Positions 12,136 to 26,734 of a stretch of 64,000 bases of DNA are shown here, in pieces (position 1 is the first letter of the stretch; each line of letters begins with the position of its first letter). The notes under the pieces were generated by a model. That model saw only the letters and a program-made list of their open reading frames with translations, did not search any database and was not told the origin of the DNA. The position numbers and the translations under genes are program-made. The stretch is from Sphaerodactylus townsendi. Taxonomy: Eukaryota. The DNA lies in the NCBI RefSeq assembly GCF_021028975.2, contig NC_059428.1, positions 49,414,001 through 49,478,000 of the forward strand. The letters run 5' to 3'.

Positions 12136-14566
12136 GACAATTGTTCTGCTAGTTGATTTGCCTGCTTTATCATTGAAATTGTTCCTTTTCCTTTGGCTAA
12201 AATGACATTTAACAGGACATTTAACAGGAATTACTGGAATGGAATTTTCCAGTAATATCTTGTTCCTTTCCTGAGAAGTACCAGTAGTAAAAAGTCAAAA
12301 TATATTCTTTTGCTCTGCAAATTGCCAAGCAGGTCCTGAAAAATCTTGCATTTCTTCATCATGGCAATCACAATGCCACTCCTTCAGTGCATATCTGATT
12401 AAAGCATTTATGGAAATTGATAGGTACACAGGAGCTTAGATTTACTTTATGCAACTTCCAGATGAGGGGTACATGGCAGATTTTTCCCCCTCATGTGAAA
12501 CTTGAAAATTGTCTACAAAAGGATTTTTGCTTTAAGACAAGGTGGGGATGGGGAGGGATAGGTTCCATAGTAAATTTTCCATACTCTCCCTTCTAGGAAA
12601 TCTTGTTTTTAATTAATTATTTGCTTTGATAGTGTCTTAAATATTTTCAAAAAAGATTTTGAGAACTGAAACGTCACTCAAGGTCAGACTTCTTGACTGG
12701 TTCCTGCTGTCATCTAACGTGCTAATAGCAGAGGGGCCCCGTTCAGACTAGGGTGGGAAGGGGGAGTGTTAGTCCTCCCCAATATTCTCCTGATGTAAAC
12801 TGCCTCCGCCCTGCTTCTCTTTGCCCTGCATGCATTTCCAGCAGCATTAGAATGTAGTGAAAATGCATTCAAGGGGCGCCCTCCTGAAAGTAATGCAATA
12901 TCAATAGGAAACATGTATGCCTTATCTGTATTAGGAGTTCCTGATACTCATGCCGAAGTCTGCTTTTTCATCCAGATCACCTTCATCTCATCCAGATCAG
13001 ATATCAACTTCATATTTGTCTATATTTTGATGCATTAAACATTTCATAGGAATTAAAGTGGAACTGTATGAGTCTGTTGTCAGCAGAAAAGGGAAGTCCC
13101 TTCTCTAGAAATGAATTTCTGAATGCCCTGGCTGCAGAGTTAGCAGCTACCTCAGGCAAAAAGAGTCTAATGCATAGCATACTCCTGAAAGAAAATAATT
13201 ATTAGCACTGTATAGACAGGGTGATATACCAATTTTTATTACAAAGCATGGAAGGATTGCTTATAGCCTGAACATAACCAACCTTAAGGCTTTCTCTGAG
13301 GGGTGTATTAAGTGCAAGTGATAGAGGACTGTTAATGCAATCTACTTCAAAAAATAAAAAAAAATGTTGTAATCCTGTCCTTACTTATTTGTGCACAGAT
13401 CTGTAATATCAGTTGAACTACTGGCAGATGAGTTGTTTGATGTCTGCAACTTAACAGACACGATCTTTGTAGATAATTAAACTCAACTTCACATATAATG
13501 TAATGTTATAGGACAGAGCAAATGAAGTTTTTATGTAAAGATACTAATGACAAAAAATAAAAGTGACATCTTAAAGTATTAAGGAGTTGTATTCCACATG
13601 GAAAGAACCAGCGCTATCTAGATTTCACCATCCAGGAATATAACTATTCTCATATTAACTGGTTTGCTCTGCTCTGCTAAAAAAAAAAAACCTGCTTGTT
13701 TGGATAGGTTTGTCAGTCATCGTTTTACGAGAAAGAGCTGATTTGAATCTACACCCAACTCAAAGTACTGGTGCTTCAGTTCAGATGATTCCGCAGATTA
13801 TGGTGTATAGCAGTAAAAGTGAGCCACAAAGTGCCTGCTCCTATCTTGTGCACAGTTTCTCTTTCAACTGCTATTTAATTGCAAACCATAGTATGCTCTG
13901 CAGTAGTATTATAGTTAGTATTTCTCTCTGAGCCCGTGTTGGAAACCACTTCAGTCAGTCTGGTTTTGGAAGACAAGCACAAACCATAGTTGCCAATTCA
14001 GATATTATGACAAACTCCAGTTTCTACTAAATGGCAAACTAAAAGTAAAAACCATGCTACAAGAGAGTAGTGAATCAGAAAGCGGAACTGGAGTGAGGAT
14101 AGTGATTAGAAGGTTCGTCTAGGACTGGGGAGATGATAGTTCACATACCCATTCTGATCCAAAGTCATTCAGCTTCATGGCTGTCAGAAACACTCAGCCT
14201 AACATGCACTAAAGGACTGTTGTGAGTATAAAAATAGGAAATATCCAAGTGGGAAGAAGCAAGTGTGTTTCTCTGTACTCCATGGACAAAAGACTTGATA
14301 GAAATGTGAAAGATAAAAAGAATGAAACTTATTCATGGTCCTTGACAATCTGTCTTGGAGGATCACCTGAACTAAAACTATAGGCCAAGAGGTGGGTCAA
14401 AATTGTCTTGAGAATTTTATAAAAGGAACCACACATATTCCAAGTAGAGTCATCTCAAAATGTCTATTTAATTGTAGAACTCCACTAAATCATGATTTCA
14501 TAATTGCTATGTAAAATTAGATAGCATCGTTTCAAATATTCCCTAAATTCTAGTTTTGAATTGTAG

Positions 14567-14709
14567 GACTTTATGGCATCAGAAGTCACACTTTTTGAAA
14601 TGGATGAGGACAATGGAAGTCAGTTGAAGATAGTAAATCAAGAAATACCTGACTTGGATCAGGCTGGGTTTGGTCCCAAGACAAGGTCACTTAATGTCAA
14701 GAGTGGAGT
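14567..14709 (+). CDS. CRYBG3: CRYBG3 coding exon
   Basis: ttgtag| DFMASEVTLFEMDEDNGSQLKIVNQEIPDLDQAGFGPKTRSLNVKSG(V) |gtaagt. Confidence 0.95.
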
Positions 14710-15763
14710 GTAAGTTCTATTTGAGATCTTTGTACAGTGAAATATAATTAGCTTGCAATGATTGTTCTTCATTTATTCTGCTTTGCTTAGTATTCTGTTG
14801 ACAATAAGTGGAAAGGCAAATGTGATTTAAAACAGTGCTTTAGAATGATTCTTAGCTTTTCTGGTTCCTTTGGCAAATCTCATTTGTTTATGACATTACT
14901 AATTGTTTTTTGCTATTGAATTTCTTTTCATTTTCAGTTGCTCAGAGTGTCAAGGAACCTCTAAAAGAATCTTTGATCTAATGAAACCTGAGTTGTCACA
15001 ATTTTAAACAACTCAATATAAAAGTTCCTAGCCTAATTCAACAGAATGGTTATCCTCTTGAATTTAAGCATTGAGGCACCCAATGTGGAGTAATTCAAAT
15101 TATGGATTCATTCAGTGTGCATGCACTCTAGCATATGTGCATTAGCTATAATGCTAACATGCCTGAATCTATAACTATATGGGTTTTGTTTGTTTCTCCA
15201 GTAAAATTAAAAAATGAGTAAGATTGGGGCAGCATGATCACTGCTTTAGAGATGACACTGAAATATTTGTGAAATAATTGTCCCCATAATTTTTGGCAGA
15301 ATATAATTTCATGCTTGAGAACAAGAGCTCAATTTCATATTCTGATATAGGTTCCTAAATCTGACACAATTGATATTGTTTTGGTGCTGGCAGCTGCCAT
15401 TGCTGCTGTTTCAGCGTCTAGAGGAATCCTCTTTTTGGCACGGGAGAACTTCTTAAGGGACTTGTACAGTTGACAGAGCCAGCAAGTGGAATAGGTCAGC
15501 CGTTTTCTCTTTGTAGCCATCCTAAGGCATATGGAACAATTATAATGCCAACAAAACATTAGGTCACCTAGAAGCTACAGCATAAGGCTGTCATTTATTC
15601 ATTTTTATAGCCAAGCTGTCCACTGCTAGATAATGACTCATAGTCTCATTTTCAGTGCCTGCTTCTTTCCACTTTGCCTGAATAGATGAAGATGTTTTAA
15701 AAATAGAGCATTTTGTGACTAACTGTATATATTTGAATAGCTATCTTGCATATTGATTCCTAA

Positions 15764-15982
<219 letters not shown>

Positions 15983-16217
15983 TAATAATAGCTATTAGCC
16001 ACTGAAATGAATCACATTGGTCAGAACATATTAAAACTAAACAATGGAATATCAATAATTTGATCAAGCAAAGATTTCTAGCCAAGCTTCCTGTTTTTTG
16101 AGATTTATTCGTATTTTTCTGTGGTGTTGAAATGCTGGGGTACGGGTTTTCAGTGAATATACCATTACATTGAAGAAGGCCAGTGCAAGTTTTAGTGCGT
16201 TCTTATTACTAATACTT

Positions 16218-16395
16218 TTTCGGCATCAAGTTGCAGCCAACAGAATTTTTAAGGCAAGAGACTTGAGGTGGTTTGCCATTGTCTTTCTCTGCATAGCAAC
16301 CCTGGTATTACTTGTTGGTCTCCCATCCATATACTAACCAAAAATGACCATGTTTAGCTGTTAAGATTTGACAATATCAGGTTATCCAGGTCAGG
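16218..16395 (-). mobile_element. 5S rRNA-derived SINE (5S-Sauria-like)
   Basis: Minus strand ggttagtatatggatgggagacc resembles the 5S internal control region; followed by ggcaaaccacctc RTE-type tail. Confidence 0.75.
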
Positions 16396-17086
16396 ACATT
16401 TTAAATAGGAGAATAGATTAAAATGTATAGTTTTTATTTTATTTCACAAAATTTATACCCTAGAAGACAGCAGACAAAACTCCCTGAAGAGGGAATTTTA
16501 GTGCAATGACTTGAAAAGGCCCTTTCCTGCCCACTGCCCTCCTGATATCAGAAAGCCAAGGCATGTGAAGCAGGGCCTCAGAAGATGAGCACAGTGGTCA
16601 GGTGGGTTCATAAGGGAGTAAGTAGGTCATCGTTAGGGAGTAGGTAAGTTAGTTCCAAACCACATTAGCAGATGGCAATACAAATGAAGACCTTTTCAAT
16701 CATGGCACAAAACTTTAGAACTCTCCACAGAGAAATGCATCTGTATCCCTCTGTTGTAGCTCTACCAGCAGGAGAAACCTTGTGTTGTTTTGTTTTGTTT
16801 TGTTTGGCATTCTTTCACTAATTCTTATGAGTCTGTTTCTGTTTATATGTTTTTATGTGTTTATATTTTAATGCATTTATATTTTATATAGTTATTCATG
16901 TTTATTTGTATTTTAAATGCTTTTTAATATCTGAAATATGTTGATGTTTTAATGTTAGCTGCCTTGGGGACCCTGAATTGGCTGAAAAGGCAGCTAATTA
17001 TTACAAATAATAAGTTGAGCTGCTTTAATGAGCTGATAAAATTGAAGTGTAAGATTTGTATTCCATATATAACTTCTCATTTGCAG

Positions 17087-17119
17087 GAACCTCTGGAACA
17101 CCATGCACCCCCTCACTGG
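17087..17119 (+). CDS. CRYBG3: CRYBG3 33-nt linker exon
   Basis: ttgcag| EPLEHHAPPHW |gtaagt; resembles mammalian EPLGINEPPHL. Confidence 0.9.
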
Positions 17120-19057
17120 GTAAGTTCTTATAAAATAATGTAATTTTTAGCATCAAATTCTCCCCTAAAATGCACATGTTATTCTTCTTCTCCATAGTTC
17201 ATGTGAAATCTGAAGTCTGGGTCCATATTAAAGTCAAAGGTTGCTGATATTTACATTGTTCGTTTCTTCTTGTGCTGTAAATCAGGTTGACAAATGAGAG
17301 TATTAAAAAGTGTTTTCTTCTTAGACTCTGCCTCAGTATAATTTGGTTGGCTTCTAAGTGCAGAAGATCACATCCTAAATGGGTACACAGGAAGATGATT
17401 TAATCTTGCAGGTTGCTTTTGTTTTACAGTATGGGAATGACTTATATTCCAGTTTACTAACTGTTCCTAGTGTATACCACTGGCTCAAGACTTGCAGAAA
17501 GCATTTCCCACATTTGTCAACTTTTCATTCAAGCTAGTAGCCATATACATTGAAAATAAAGTCAGTTCACACCCATGTCTACTAAGTCTTAGACATCATG
17601 AACAGATCTTTTTGTGGGGTGCAAAACTAGCTTTTTGTTATGTATTCTGCTGTTTAAGAAGGATTCAGTCAGATTTGTCATAACATCTGAATCTGAACAA
17701 AGAGGAGGTTGTCTTTTCCGCAAGGCAAACACTAGTTTGCTCAGGGGTTGACGCTTGGGTGTCATAATAAACCGAAGCTTCTATACTGAATATGAAAGAA
17801 GTTGTCAGTCATCCTGTGTATGCCAGACAAGGGGGCAAGGGAGCATGCAATTATGGTGCCAGGTAATTCCTTTTACAGATACAGTTATTTTTGGTTATGA
17901 CCTGGTCAGCCCAGGGTGGCTGGGGACAGCTCTGCTGCCCTGCTGCCCCACTGTTTCCGTAGAGCTTTCCAGCAGTGCAGGGAAGCAGAAAATACAAAAA
18001 GAAAATCCCTCCACTGGAAAGCCCTCCATAGGACTAAGGGGGAGTTGTTACCCGAAAGGGTAGTGTAAGTTGGAACTCTGGGCTGTGGCATACCTGCCTG
18101 CAAACCCAGGTGGAAGCCAACTAATTTCAACTCCACCTACCACCTCTCTATATAGGTATCCAATCGGTTGGCAGTGCAGCTCTGTGACAGCCCCAATTTG
18201 TGGGTTTTGTCACCACAGAGCAGAAGGATGGCTGCCTCCAGTACCTTTACAGTCTCCACCAGTGGGTGTATCCCTTGCACCAACAGAGGAGGCAAATGCA
18301 TCTGTGCAAAACCTGCCACTCTCCAAAGCTGTTCCCTCCTTCTGGATTGGGCTGTTAAATGCACATATAACTTCAAGCCTCAGTTGTCAGAGGCAATAAT
18401 GCAGCCATTACTATGCAGACTGGTGCGTCAACCAAACAAGTGCATATCAGTCATCATCATTGCTGTCAGCATTGCTTGAGACAGCTCATACAATGTCTTG
18501 GATCCAAAGAACTGACAGAGAAGAGTTTTCAAAGAAGCTCTTTGTTGGTTGCTCCTTCCCTCTTAACTTGCCTCTCCTGAAACTGTAGGACCCTTCTTCT
18601 TTTTGCAGATGGTGTGCAGTAGAAGACTGACTACAAATAAGTCTGTACACTCTGTTTTCTCATGGTATCTGAATGTAGACAATTGGACAAACCAAAAGCA
18701 GAATAGATTACAATAGGATTAGCAATTAGTGGAATTAGCAGAAATAATTTCTTCCCGGCCTTGAGCCTTTGTTTTGGATGGTGACGTTTCCATGGATCCT
18801 TCAATGTTCCTTAAGCTTTAAGAGTGACATGAAAAGGAAAGGGAATAAAGGGAAAGAGGCAAAAGTGCCTTTCTACAGACTCTGCTTCATTCATGATTAT
18901 TTGCATCTACGCTTTCTTTTTTTTAATGTATCCCTTTTTGTTGGCTGTTTAAAGACTGAGAATATGTAAATATACCAGTATGATTCTGTACCAGTTATAA
19001 CATATACATTCATTGATTAGTTCCTGTTTATACATAATTTATTTTGCTTGTTTGTAG

Positions 19058-19168
<111 letters not shown>

Positions 19169-19713
19169 TAGGTTGATTTATTCATTGCTGTCTTTTAAAC
19201 AGATTGGGAAACTATTTTTAATCCATATTCACTGCCGTCAGTTTTTAAAAAAATATCTTAGTTTTAAGGTGAAGATGACCGTGAGCGATGCAAGTGAGCG
19301 TTTGCAGTGAAATTTGTGCTGGGTTACAGAAATAAAGTTAAATAAATCTTGTGTAGGTCTCCTGTTCTTGACTACATGTATTAATATTCACTGTATGTAT
19401 CATACTGGGCTGGACCCAAAACAGCATGAAACACTGCTTGCACAATGTGAATTTTCTGCCTCTCCCTGTATACTGCATCCTCCAGAAGGCTTTTCCTAAG
19501 GCCAGAGAGCCGTGTGAATTGGTTGATACAGTGCTCTGCAGAGAGATTTGAAGAAACTGAACTCAAAGCTATTGTCTTTACATTTTCACTGTGCACTCTA
19601 AGGTATTGCAACAGTGAACACAAACAGTTTGATTGTGCAGTGTTTCTTTAGATTCCTTTGCTGTACATATTTTAGTGGGAGGAAACATAATAAAATCATA
19701 CTGTAACAGGTAA

Positions 19714-19890
<177 letters not shown>

Positions 19891-19912
19891 TAGTCAACCA
19901 TATTTAAACGGT

Positions 19913-20133
19913 TAAGGTGTAAATAAGGGGTAATTACAGACCCATGGAGTGATGCCTTTGCCTTCCCCAGTCATTGATACTTTACCCCCAGCAAACTGGG
20001 TACTCATTTTACCAATCTTGGAAGGCTAGAAGGCTGAGTCAACATGAAACTTACTTCCATTGGAATCAAACTCAGATCGTGAGCAGAGGTTTGACCATAG
20101 TACTGCAGTTTACCACTCTGCGCCACAGGACTC
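19913..20133 (-). mobile_element. Sauria SINE
   Basis: ctgggtactcattttacc..ggaagg..gaaggctgagtcaac..accactctgcgccac, typical Sauria SINE body and tRNA head. Confidence 0.8.
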
Positions 20134-22617
20134 ATATTTAAGGAATGTAGTTTCAAATTTTTGGAAACTGATATTAAGAGGAAACAGAAATCTTGTCTCA
20201 CAAATTTTGATTTTAGAAATGTCAGGCTACCAACATACAATAATATTCGTAAACAGCCAAGTCTGTCTTTCTCAAATCATGAGACTCTCATGATGATTAT
20301 TTAGAAAGTGGTCCACTTTGCTTGGCACAGTATTTGGCTACCCTGATATGAATATGCTTGTAAAGTGTCTCCTGTTCTTGGAATTGCTGTTCAAGTAGTC
20401 ATCTGTGCATTCACACAACCAACCAACCTACCGTCCCTGTAACAGTTTCCTTTAATTTGCTGCAGATCATTCTTACATTTTAGAATCAACTGAGCAGGAC
20501 AGCATGAATTGTGCCCCTTGTGCATATGTAGTACATGCTGTGTTTCTGAGAGGAGATCTGTGCATCTAAGTAATAGCTCTTGAAGTTTCTAAACTGTCGT
20601 TTTAAGCAGATTCAAACCCCCTCAGTGTGAATTCATGGATGACCACTTGAAGAACAACTGTTACAGGCAACTTGTTTATTTAATCAGTTGTCTGACATTC
20701 CTTTTGGTGACACACAAGAAAAAGTGAGAGTGATTACTTTTAAAGTTAATTCTCTCCTCCCAAATTCCCACTGTGTTTTCACAGTGCATGTTTCCTCTGA
20801 AAAGAAAATATTTTTCTGGCCCTGATGTTTGTTTCTGCTTTGTCATTTGATTCTAGTTACATTCAAAGTACAAGAGAAAAACAAATTTGACATTTGTTGG
20901 ACCATTTAATAACTGGCAGAAAATTAGCAGTGCCAAGAAATTATGCAGTGTGCTTGAAGGCCTTCATGGCAAGAAATAGAGATCTCTGCACAAGGAAAAA
21001 CTGGCACAGATTTTATTCCAAATAAATTGAGTGATGTTATCTGTTTTTTTGTTGGGATTGTTGCTTTGGCAACAGGGTTAGAGATTTATCCAAACAAGAA
21101 CACAATTATGGGGAAAATCTGACTGACTGCTTAGCACAATTGTTTTGCACCTCCATACAAACCTACGCAATACACATTTTTGAGACAGTTTTGAGCTGCG
21201 CCTTTTGCAGACATGTACATGTCAAAAGTACATTAAAGTGGTTTCATTACACAAAACAAGTTTACCAAAACACACACAAACATAAGTGGATCTGTAAATA
21301 ATCCCCAAATTAAGCCATCCATAGACCCATAGTACTTTAGCCAGTCATAAACAGTGGATAAGGGATGGATCTTACAAAACATATTCCAGACTATTTAAAT
21401 CCTTAAAGATCTTAATTAATTCACTGAAACATATTAACATATTGTGTCATTGTAATAAAATGAATGTTGTATGAGCGCAGGTATTTATTTTGTTTTAAAT
21501 GTGAACAGCAGTGTTTTGAATTAATTGCATACATTTTTCAAGAGCAGTCCTGTGGAGAGTAAATTACAATAGTCTGATCTGGAAGTTGCCAAGACATGGA
21601 TAAAAACATTATAAGCCTCTGAACTTGGCGGCATCTCAGTTGTCAGTAGGCTGCTAATCTTTATAGTATTGTGGCTCTCAAAGGCACTTTAAAAGTAATT
21701 TTCTTAATCCGTTGGAAATAAACCAGGATTAATTAGACATAATCCATCCCCAGAGGCTATTTATTTAACCTATTACCTTCCAATTACAAGAAGTTCTCTG
21801 TGATGACCTGCTGCTTAATTACTTGCTCTCACTAGTTTTATTTTATTTGGTTTGTGGTGCTTGCTGGCTCAGAAGTCACTTTTGAATACTGTTTTATTAG
21901 GAAAGAATAAGAGAACAGCTTGAGGTAGGCTTTATTTCTGCAGGTATATTTTGTAGGAGCTAAACCGTGTGTTCTTGCAGAGTTGCCAGCTAGCCAGAAA
22001 ATAATGCCACCCTCCTGGTTTGATGCTTTTAGGAGGAATTAGCGAGTGAAACTAATTCATGGTATGGAGAGGAGCCATCCCTTGCTAATACTGACAGACC
22101 AAGTTGCTTTTAAAAGCACAGGGGCACTAAGAGCTGGTCAAAAATGTGGTAACTCTAAATCTGGCAATTTAACACTCTTTAGAAAAGTTAGCTTTGTTAG
22201 TGCTTCTCTACCAAATAAATAATACACCAACCAAAGAGAAGCAATTCATAACTACCTGCTATTCAATTACTTTTCAAGAAATGTGATATGAATGCTTTTT
22301 CTGCCTCCAGTCAGATTTTGCCTTAATCCTCCCAACATTCTCTATGTGTGTGAATGGCGAGTGGCTCAGGCAGGCGCCTGATGCCGGCTCCTGCACTCCC
22401 TAGCTTCCCTGCTGACAGGGAGGCTAGCTGTGGCCCTAGTGCCAGCCTGAGCTGCCTGCTGCTGAGCCTTGGCCTCAGGCTGGTTCCTGCCCGAGAGCTA
22501 GCCTCCCTGTTAGCAGGGAGGTTGGGAAGGCAGGAGCCGACTTTGGGTGTCTGAGCTATGGCCGCTCTCTGACAGGAGCCAGCCTGCGGCCACAGCTCAA
22601 CACCAAACATCGCAGGC

Positions 22618-23956
22618 CAGTGGCGTAACTAGGCAAACTGGAGCCCTGGGCAAAACCTGAGTTTGATGCCCCCCCAGGCGCGTGCCCAATGCAACGCACA
22701 CACCCCCCCCTTGTAGCTACACCCAGTGGCGTATCTAGGCAAACTGAAGTTCGGCGCCCCCCATGGGCAGCCACCCTCCCCCACCGTGACCAAGTAATGA
22801 TTTTTTACACCAGGTTGTTTCAAAGTCACCATCACATTATAGAACATGCCCCAACTCACAAATCTGAGCACAGCAATAAGCCATGCCACACAGCAGAAAT
22901 AATTTTTTGAAAACATTTTCAAAATGCTTTCAAAATGTTTTATTACTGCTATGAAAACATTTTATGGTGTTGTATCCAGTACCCCCAATTGGGGGAAACA
23001 GCATCACTTTCAATGTTTCAAAGGAGAATCTGGGCTCCCTAGTTTAAACAAGTGATGCTGGAATCCACCTCCAAACAGCATCATTTTCAATGGTGTTTAA
23101 ACTAGGGAGCCCAGATTCTCCTTTTAAATCTACCTTAAAGGGAGAATCTGGGGTTCCCAGTTTAAACAACATTGGAAGTGATGCTATTTTGGGGTTGATT
23201 CTCCCCCACCCTGAAACAGCATCCCTTTCAATGTTTAAACTGGGGACCTCAGATTCTCCCTTTAAATCCATGTCAAAGGCGGGGGGATTTAAAAGGAAAA
23301 TCTGGGGAAATTTGGGAGGTGCCTGCTGGCAGGGGTGCTATTGCTAAGCTAGCAGCACCAAACTTTCAGGGTATCTTTAGGAGTCTCCCCTAATGATACC
23401 ACCCAGGTTTAGTGAAGTTTGGTTCAGGGGGTCCAAAGTTATGGACCTTCAAAGGTGTAGCCTCATCTCCTATTAGCTGTTAGTTCCCATTGGAAACAAT
23501 GGATGATGGGGCATCCCCTTTGGGAGTCCATAGCTTTGGACCCCCTGGACCAAACTTCACAAAACCTGGGTGGTATCAGTAAAAGGTTCTCCTTATGATG
23601 CCTCCCAGGTTTGGTGAAGTTTGGTTCAGGGGGTCCAAAGTTATGGACCCTCAAAAGTGTAGCCTCATCTCCTATTAGCTCCCATTGGAAACAATGGGGG
23701 ATGGGGCACCCCCTTTGGGAGTCCATAACTTTGGACTCCCTGAACCAAACCTCACCAAACCTGGGTGATAGCATCAGGTGAGTCTCCCAAAACATCCCTG
23801 AAATTTTGGTGCTGCTAGCCTAAAAACTGCGCCCTCTGCAGGCCAAAAATGGAAAAACACTGAAAATACAAAAAATCCCACTAACAAACCTGCGCCCCCC
23901 CACAGGGCTGCGCCCAGGGCAACTGCCCACTTTGCCCAATGGGAGGAACGCCTCTG
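22618..23956. mobile_element. hAT-like non-autonomous DNA element with internal nested palindromes, nested in another GC-rich element (~22355-24252)
   Basis: Ends CAGTGGCGT / ACGCCTCTG; 7/8 TSD tcgcaggc / tctcaggc; hairpins at 23402-23570 and 23604-23765. Confidence 0.75.
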
Positions 23957-24477
23957 TCTCAGGCAGGTGCCTGAGGCTGGCTCCTGCCCTCCTTAGCCTC
24001 CCTGTCAGCAGGGAGGCCATCTTACAGCCAGAAGCCGCCGCCGCGCCCACCTGAACCACCATTGACTCAGTGCCCACCTTAGCCACCACCTCCACCCCCC
24101 AGCCTCCCTGGCAGCAGGCACCCACCTGAGCCATCCGCCGCTGAGCTCCCCCCCTTCCCCCTGGCCTCCCAAGCTTACAGAGGTAAGTGGGGTGGAGGGA
24201 CGCCCAGAACATGTGTTGCCCCCAGGTGCCATTTTCCCCTGGTACACCTCTGGAAGCCAGCTATTGGCTGATAGCCTTTTTTAGTTTATTGTTGAATTGT
24301 CAGGGAACTGCATTGTAAAGAAGACTTCAGAGAGCTTTGATTATTACAGATCTGGATTGTCATCGGCTGGCAAAAGGTGTGATGCACTCTGGAGGTTGAA
24401 ACAACTCTCCTTAGTTGATATTTTCCTGGGGTATTGAGGCAGTGACTTCCTCTTGCAAGTGCCTTACTTAAGTGGTG

Positions 24478-24700
24478 ATGGTGGTGGAAAGTGCTATCAA
24501 GTTGCAGCCAACTTATAGCAAAAAAAATCCCCATTGGTTTTTAAAGGCAAGAGACATTCAGAGGTGGTTTGCCATTGCCTTCCTCTGCACTGTGACACCT
24601 CGCAATCTTTAGTGGTCTCCCTTCCAAATATGAACTAGATAAAACCAACCCTCCTTAATTTCTAAAGATCAGGCTAACCTGGGCCATTTAAGTCAGGGCC
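24478..24700 (-). mobile_element. 5S rRNA-derived SINE, second copy
   Basis: Shares aaggcaagagac..gaggtggtttgccattg..ggtctccc..ccaaata with 16218-16395. Confidence 0.72.
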
Positions 24701-25370
24701 TTGGCTGAGAAATAATTTTAGTATGTAACTATACTGCATCTCAGAAAAAGATGTTAGTACAGTCAGTTGAGGTGTAGCAGTCGAGAAAATCATATGCCTC
24801 CATATTAGGATATAGTTCTGAACGAATATGAGAATTATCATTCATTTTTATGTGCTGCCTTTATCAAAACCATTATTTTGTACATTATTTGATACAAGAG
24901 CATGAATGCCAAAATGTATTTTTTTTATTTTCAAACTTTTAGATGGGGGGTGGGGCAGGGCTAGGCAGGAATAGGACCCAGGCTCAGCATTCTACAACAA
25001 AGAAAGGCCAGCATGTTGAGTTCTGGGTAAAGGAATATACACCTCTATTAACATATCTTTTGAGACAGACTATGGATGCATTTCCCTCATCTTAGGCACC
25101 TGGCGGTGAAGGTGGGGCTGCCATAATTGCCTTAACATGATTCAGTGCTGATACTGTTCTTAACCATGGTTGCCACTAATTTTGGCTGATTACCTTAATC
25201 TTAGTGAAGATTTTATAGTGAAACTGTGGTTTAATTTGCCAGATTAAGCCCTGCCTCTGGGAAGTTTGTATAATGAGATCTACATGTGAGATATGGTAGC
25301 AAACTACGTCCTTGGCTATTATTTGCTTAGCACAGTTCAGATGTTACTAAATGTTTCTCTCTCTTAATAG

Positions 25371-25511
<141 letters not shown>

Positions 25512-25864
25512 TAAGTTTATCGAGTTCTACCTTCCAGCGATAGCTAACAAAGTCTTTAGTTGGTGTTTCAGAAGTCCTGTCCCCAGTGCTAACGACTGCA
25601 ATTATCTAGTTTTTACTATTGTCTACAGTTGATATTGTAAACTATCCTGAGCATTGATTTTTAAATTGCAAGGAAAGTTATAAATCTTCAGATTTTATTC
25701 TAATTTATAAATTTTCAAAATTTATTCTAAAATATTCTAAAATAAGATTTTATTCTAATGCAACAATCGCTTACATTCTTGACACTTGTTACTTTGAAGC
25801 ATGGGTATCTTTCCAGTATGAGTATTACACCTGTTTTGTAAAGCTGTCACTGTTGAGATAGTAA

Positions 25865-26017
<153 letters not shown>

Positions 26018-26269
26018 TAGAAAAGGATTTTTTAAAATTTGCCTGTTTTATTTCGGAAGGATAAACTTTTTAAAAAAATAAATCTTGATCCTAAATTGTG
26101 TTTGTGTGTTGAAGAGATTTGGAATGAGCTTATTTCATAAATCTACATGTGTCTCTGACTTCAGTTTACTACCAGTCGTAAAAACTTCCTGACCGTTTTT
26201 ATGCCCCAGGTAATGGTGATAAACTTGTGGCTTGTCATGGATGCTACAGAAGAAAGGTTAGGGATTTGA

Positions 26270-26482
<213 letters not shown>

Positions 26483-26626
26483 TAGTTATTGAAACTGCAA
26501 TGTTTCAATTCTCTCTGCTTTATTCTGCATTTAAGTGTATAAAAAGCCCCCATGAAGAACTGCCTTTTTATTTTTTCCAACATCCTCCTGCTGTATGTGT
26601 GTTCGAAGCTGAAATTTCATGGCTGA

Positions 26627-26734
26627 AGCGGATTCTGCATGGGCCAAAAACAGTGGTGTGAAAATGGTTTAAAACGGTATAAAAGGGTTTACACTGCTTT
26701 CACACCGCTGTTTTTAGCCCATGTGGAATCCGCC
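26627..26734. mobile_element. Palindromic ~108-bp MITE (PIF/Harbinger-like)
   Basis: ~37-bp imperfect TIRs (g/a)gcggatt(c)..catgggc.aaaaacag.ggtgtgaaa; TGA on both sides. Confidence 0.7.

Noticed and set aside
16300-16395. 5S rRNA gene
   Set aside because: Degenerate 5S-like head fused to a retroposon tail, with a second copy at ~24.6 kb; it is a SINE.
23400-23770. CRISPR-like repeat-spacer array
   Set aside because: Repeats alternate in orientation and the spacers are themselves repeated. It lies inside a TSD-flanked eukaryotic transposon with no cas genes.
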